From the human T2T-CHM13v2.0 reference genome, Homo sapiens: DNA of 64,000 bases. The number at the start of each line of letters is the position of its first letter. The first letter of the stretch is position 1. The position numbers and the translations under genes are program-made. Under the pieces are notes generated by a model. The model did no database searches. It worked only from the letters and a program-made list of their open reading frames with translations, and had not been told where the DNA came from. The DNA is taken from NCBI RefSeq assembly GCF_009914755.1, contig NC_060932.1; one strand, given 5' to 3'. Shown one piece after another: positions 60,693-64,000 of this stretch.

Positions 60693-61769
60693 TCATCTTA
60701 GCATTGAGAACATTGTCTTTATGAGTAGGAAATCGAGTTCAAGCATCAAATGATACTTTTTGAGCCTGTAAGGACTGCATAGTACTCATTTATGTAGTTT
60801 ATATAGTTCTTAGTATTGCTATTAGCAAACCTGAGCCTAATGAGAATGAAGATATGTAATAGTTTAAAAACAAATCAGTACCTACTTTATTATTATAAAT
60901 TCTGCTATACTTACCTTTCTTCAGACTATATAGATAAATATTTTAAAGTTAATATTCCTTAGTACTTATCTAGCAAAAAATTGTACCCTCTCTGGGAGAC
61001 TGATTATTTGTGAGCATTATGGCTATTGTTTGCCTTTCTCTCATTCTGTTCTGGTGCAGAACCTGCCCTCTGTCTTTAGCAGTGGGAATGTGGCTACTTT
61101 GGGCCACTGTTAGTGCTTGGTTAGGATGGGCCCATGACCCAAGCTAGCCAATCAGTCCTTCCTTGGAATTTCTCTAACTGAAGATGGAGAGAAGAGTCAC
61201 TCTCCTTTTCCTCTGGTGGAGAGAGCTGTGAGGTTATAATTCCAGAATGCTTGTGGTGATGTTTCCTGCCACATGGAGAAAGCAAGTACCCATCAGGGAA
61301 AGTGAAATCAGTAGGTAGAGAGGAGCAGAACCTGGGAGGGGCAGGGAGAGCTGGAGAAAGGGCATAGGAATCCCCTCATCCAGCAGCACCCTTGCCCTTC
61401 CATCAGTTTAGTTATATAAGCTGATAATTTCTTCTTTTTTAATGTAATTATTCCAAATCAGATTACTATCATTGCAAACTTCTGACTAATATAGCAATTA
61501 TTCTTGTTTCTCCAATGCCTAGGTTTGAAAAGAATGAATCAGAATTTAGTACTTTTTTATTATAAGAAAATCAGTAATAATCATATTCACACATAAGTTT
61601 TAAAATTTTATATGTATATACTTAAAAACCTATAGATTGTCCCCAGAATTAACTATAAATTTAAAATTCTTTCTTTTACATGCTGTATATTATTATGTTA
61701 ATAACTGTAATACTGAAGTTATTATAACTTCCAGGGTACCTATTTTTCTTATCCATTCCATTTGTATAT

Positions 61770-62070
61770 CTTTATTTTATTTTTATTTTTTTGAGACAGT
61801 TTCTCTTTGTCACCCAGGCTGGAGTGTAGTTGCTCGATCTCTGCTCACTGCAACCTCCACCTCCCAGGTTCAAGCAATTCTCATGCTTCAACCTCCAAGT
61901 ACCTGGGATTAAAGGTGTGCGCCACCATGCCCAGCTAATTTTTGTATTTTTAGTAGAGACGGGGTTTCACCATGTTGGCCAGGCGGGTCTGGAACTCCTG
62001 GCCTCAAGTGAGCTGTCCACCTCAGCCTCCCAAAGTGCTGGGATTACAGGCGTGAGTCCCCGCACCTGGC
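61770..62070 (-). mobile_element. AluS
   Basis: dimeric Alu; ttccatttgtatatctt on both flanks. Confidence 0.9.
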
Positions 62071-62173
62071 TTCCATTTGTATATCTTAACCCAATACTTT
62101 CCATTGCATTTACAGTAAAACCTGATAATCTTATATTAAATATGTCTCATAAAATATGATTTTATTCTTTTAG

Positions 62174-62235
62174 GAAAAATATTCTAAAAGACCAACTAAA
62201 AAGAAAACTCCAAGGGATTACGCGGAATGGGATAA
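62174..62235 (+). CDS. SPAG1: SPAG1 exon 5
   Basis: ttttag|GAA ... GAT AA|gtatgt; 62 nt; EKYSKRPTKKKTPRDYAEWD. Confidence 0.93.
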
Positions 62236-62754
62236 GTATGTTTTACATGTCTTTATATAAAATGTATCACTAAAAAAGTTATCTACCACAAAATACTGCA
62301 ATAATTTCTTAAATAATTATTATAAACCTTAACATGTCAAGAATACCAAATTACTTCAATAGAGTACTGAGAATATCTGGCCTCAGCACTTTTGATGTTT
62401 TTTTCAGTACATAAAAAACTTCTACATCCTATTTTTTTATAAAGTCAGCCAAAAAAACTAATGTATTTTTTATACCCATCCAAACTAAAAAGGAACAAAA
62501 ATTTAAAATTGAGATAAGTTAGTCAAAATTTTAATTTCAAAGTTCTGACCAGTTTAGATTTGATTAACGTTTAAGTTCTCACTAAATTGTATGTTTTCTT
62601 AAGAAGGAACTCAGATGACTTGAACTATTAACTTACTACATATTTTTGAATATGTATCCAAAGGCATACTTGTACAAATATAAGAATATCAATGATAAAT
62701 TTATTTTCTTGCCTGTATTGTACTTTTTTGGTTTTTATTGTTCTTTCATTTAAG

Positions 62755-62861
62755 ATTTGACGTGGAGAAGGAATGTTTAAAAATTGATGAAGATTACAAA
62801 GAAAAGACGGTAATAGACAAGTCACACTTGTCTAAAATTGAGACAAGAATAGATACAGCAG
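62755..62861 (+). CDS. SPAG1: SPAG1 exon 6
   Basis: tttaag|A TTT GAC ... GCA G|gtaatt; 107 nt; FDVEKECLKIDEDYKEKTVIDKSHLSKIETRIDTA. Confidence 0.93.
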
Positions 62862-63426
62862 GTAATTGGAGAAAAAATAATAATTTAGTAGTCTTTAAAG
62901 TTTTTCAATTATAATAAAAAGTGTCAATCTAGAAGACATTGTCTTTGAGTACTGCACAGATTACCATGAAAAGTTTATGGATTTTCTCTTACAGTTGACC
63001 ACTCAACAAATTCACTTCTCTCTTTTACCCACTTAATTTTTAAATGTAGTAAGGCTTTAAAATATAAACCTATTTTTCTTACTGTAATTCATTTGTTTTT
63101 AATTCCTTTTTTCCAATCCTCTTTTTCCTCCAAATTCCTAAAATTGTTTTCTTTTTGCTTCAAAACAAAAAGATGGGGCAGTTTATTGGACTAGCACCTA
63201 TAAAGTGAAACGAAATCAATCATTAAAAAAATTCTGAATCCTCAAAACTTGTGAATGATTTAAAAAGAAAACATCCCTAAGCTTGGGGAACCTTTTATTT
63301 TCTTTTGTTTATTTTATGATCTTTCTGCTTTCTTCTGCTTCTGTTAAAATAAGCATTCTTAGATTTAAACTTGAAAAATTCTGTTAAATTATACATTTAC
63401 ATATAGCAGATAACATTTATTTCTAG

Positions 63427-63532
63427 GTCTAACTGAGAAAGAAAAGGATTTTCTTGCCACTCGTGAAAAGGAGAAAGGAAATGAAGCTTTCAACTCAGGA
63501 GATTATGAAGAAGCAGTGATGTATTATACCAG
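63427..63532 (+). CDS. SPAG1: SPAG1 exon 7 (start of first TPR); gene continues beyond the window
   Basis: ttctag|GT CTA ... ACC AG|gtgagc; 106 nt; LTEKEKDFLATREKEKGNEAFNSGDYEEAVMYYT (TPR helix A). Confidence 0.95.
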
Positions 63533-63936
63533 GTGAGCAGATGTTTGTTGGGGTTTAAACTTGCCTTTTAAAAAATGATAATGTTTTAATTGTTGAAACA
63601 ATATAAATAAGCGAAAGTCTATGTCAGAATCTCTCAATGTATTGTACTTGTGATTTATCATATATTCACTTGTGTTTCTCCTATTTTTTCAATAATTTTT
63701 CTCAAACCTCTAAGCTCCCACTCCACTCCTACTTTTGACAGAAGACTTAACTTCCTATCTTGCAGAGAAAATAGAAGGCATCTGACAGGAATTCAACAGA
63801 AGGCCCATATGATATAGAAGTGAATAACTTGGGTTCCATTGTAGACTGCCTGGATTTACTTCTAGTACTTTGGTGCTCCTTCCTACCACAGGGCCTTTGC
63901 ACATGCTGGGTGCACCATCAAAAATGCTTTTCCCAT

Positions 63937-64000
63937 GGCTGGTCTGAGTACAGTGGTGTTTACAACTAATTGATCACAACCAGTTACAGATTTCCTTGTT
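63937..64000 (+). pseudogene. Y3 RNA (RNY3) retrocopy, cut by window edge
   Basis: ggctggtctgagtacagtggtgtttacaactaattgatcacaaccagttacagattt matches the hY3 5' part with a few substitutions. Confidence 0.9.

Overview
Human-type (primate) genomic DNA, recognisable as the FBXO43-POLR2K-SPAG1 locus (8q22.2; by known synteny RGS22 lies beyond the left edge on the minus strand). It holds the complete FBXO43/EMI2 gene (minus, 5 coding exons, 708 aa reconstructed by hand) and the complete POLR2K gene (plus, 58 aa), whose last intron is a U12 minor-spliceosome intron. It also holds the promoter and first 6 coding exons of SPAG1 (plus). Retrocopies of UFM1, Y1 RNA and Y3 RNA lie in SPAG1 introns. Repeats include a full-length THE1A provirus, a near full-length Tigger2, an LTR15 solo LTR, two MER44A MITEs and roughly 50 Alus. 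The least explained signal is a chain of minus-strand exon-like cassettes at 250-10400, downstream of the THE1A 5' LTR and the FBXO43 poly(A) site. Three of them splice into an intact 100-codon ORF. This is a hypothesis from splice signals only. No prokaryotic-type system (CRISPR etc.) is present. Repeat subfamily names come from remembered consensus sequences and need RepeatMasker confirmation.
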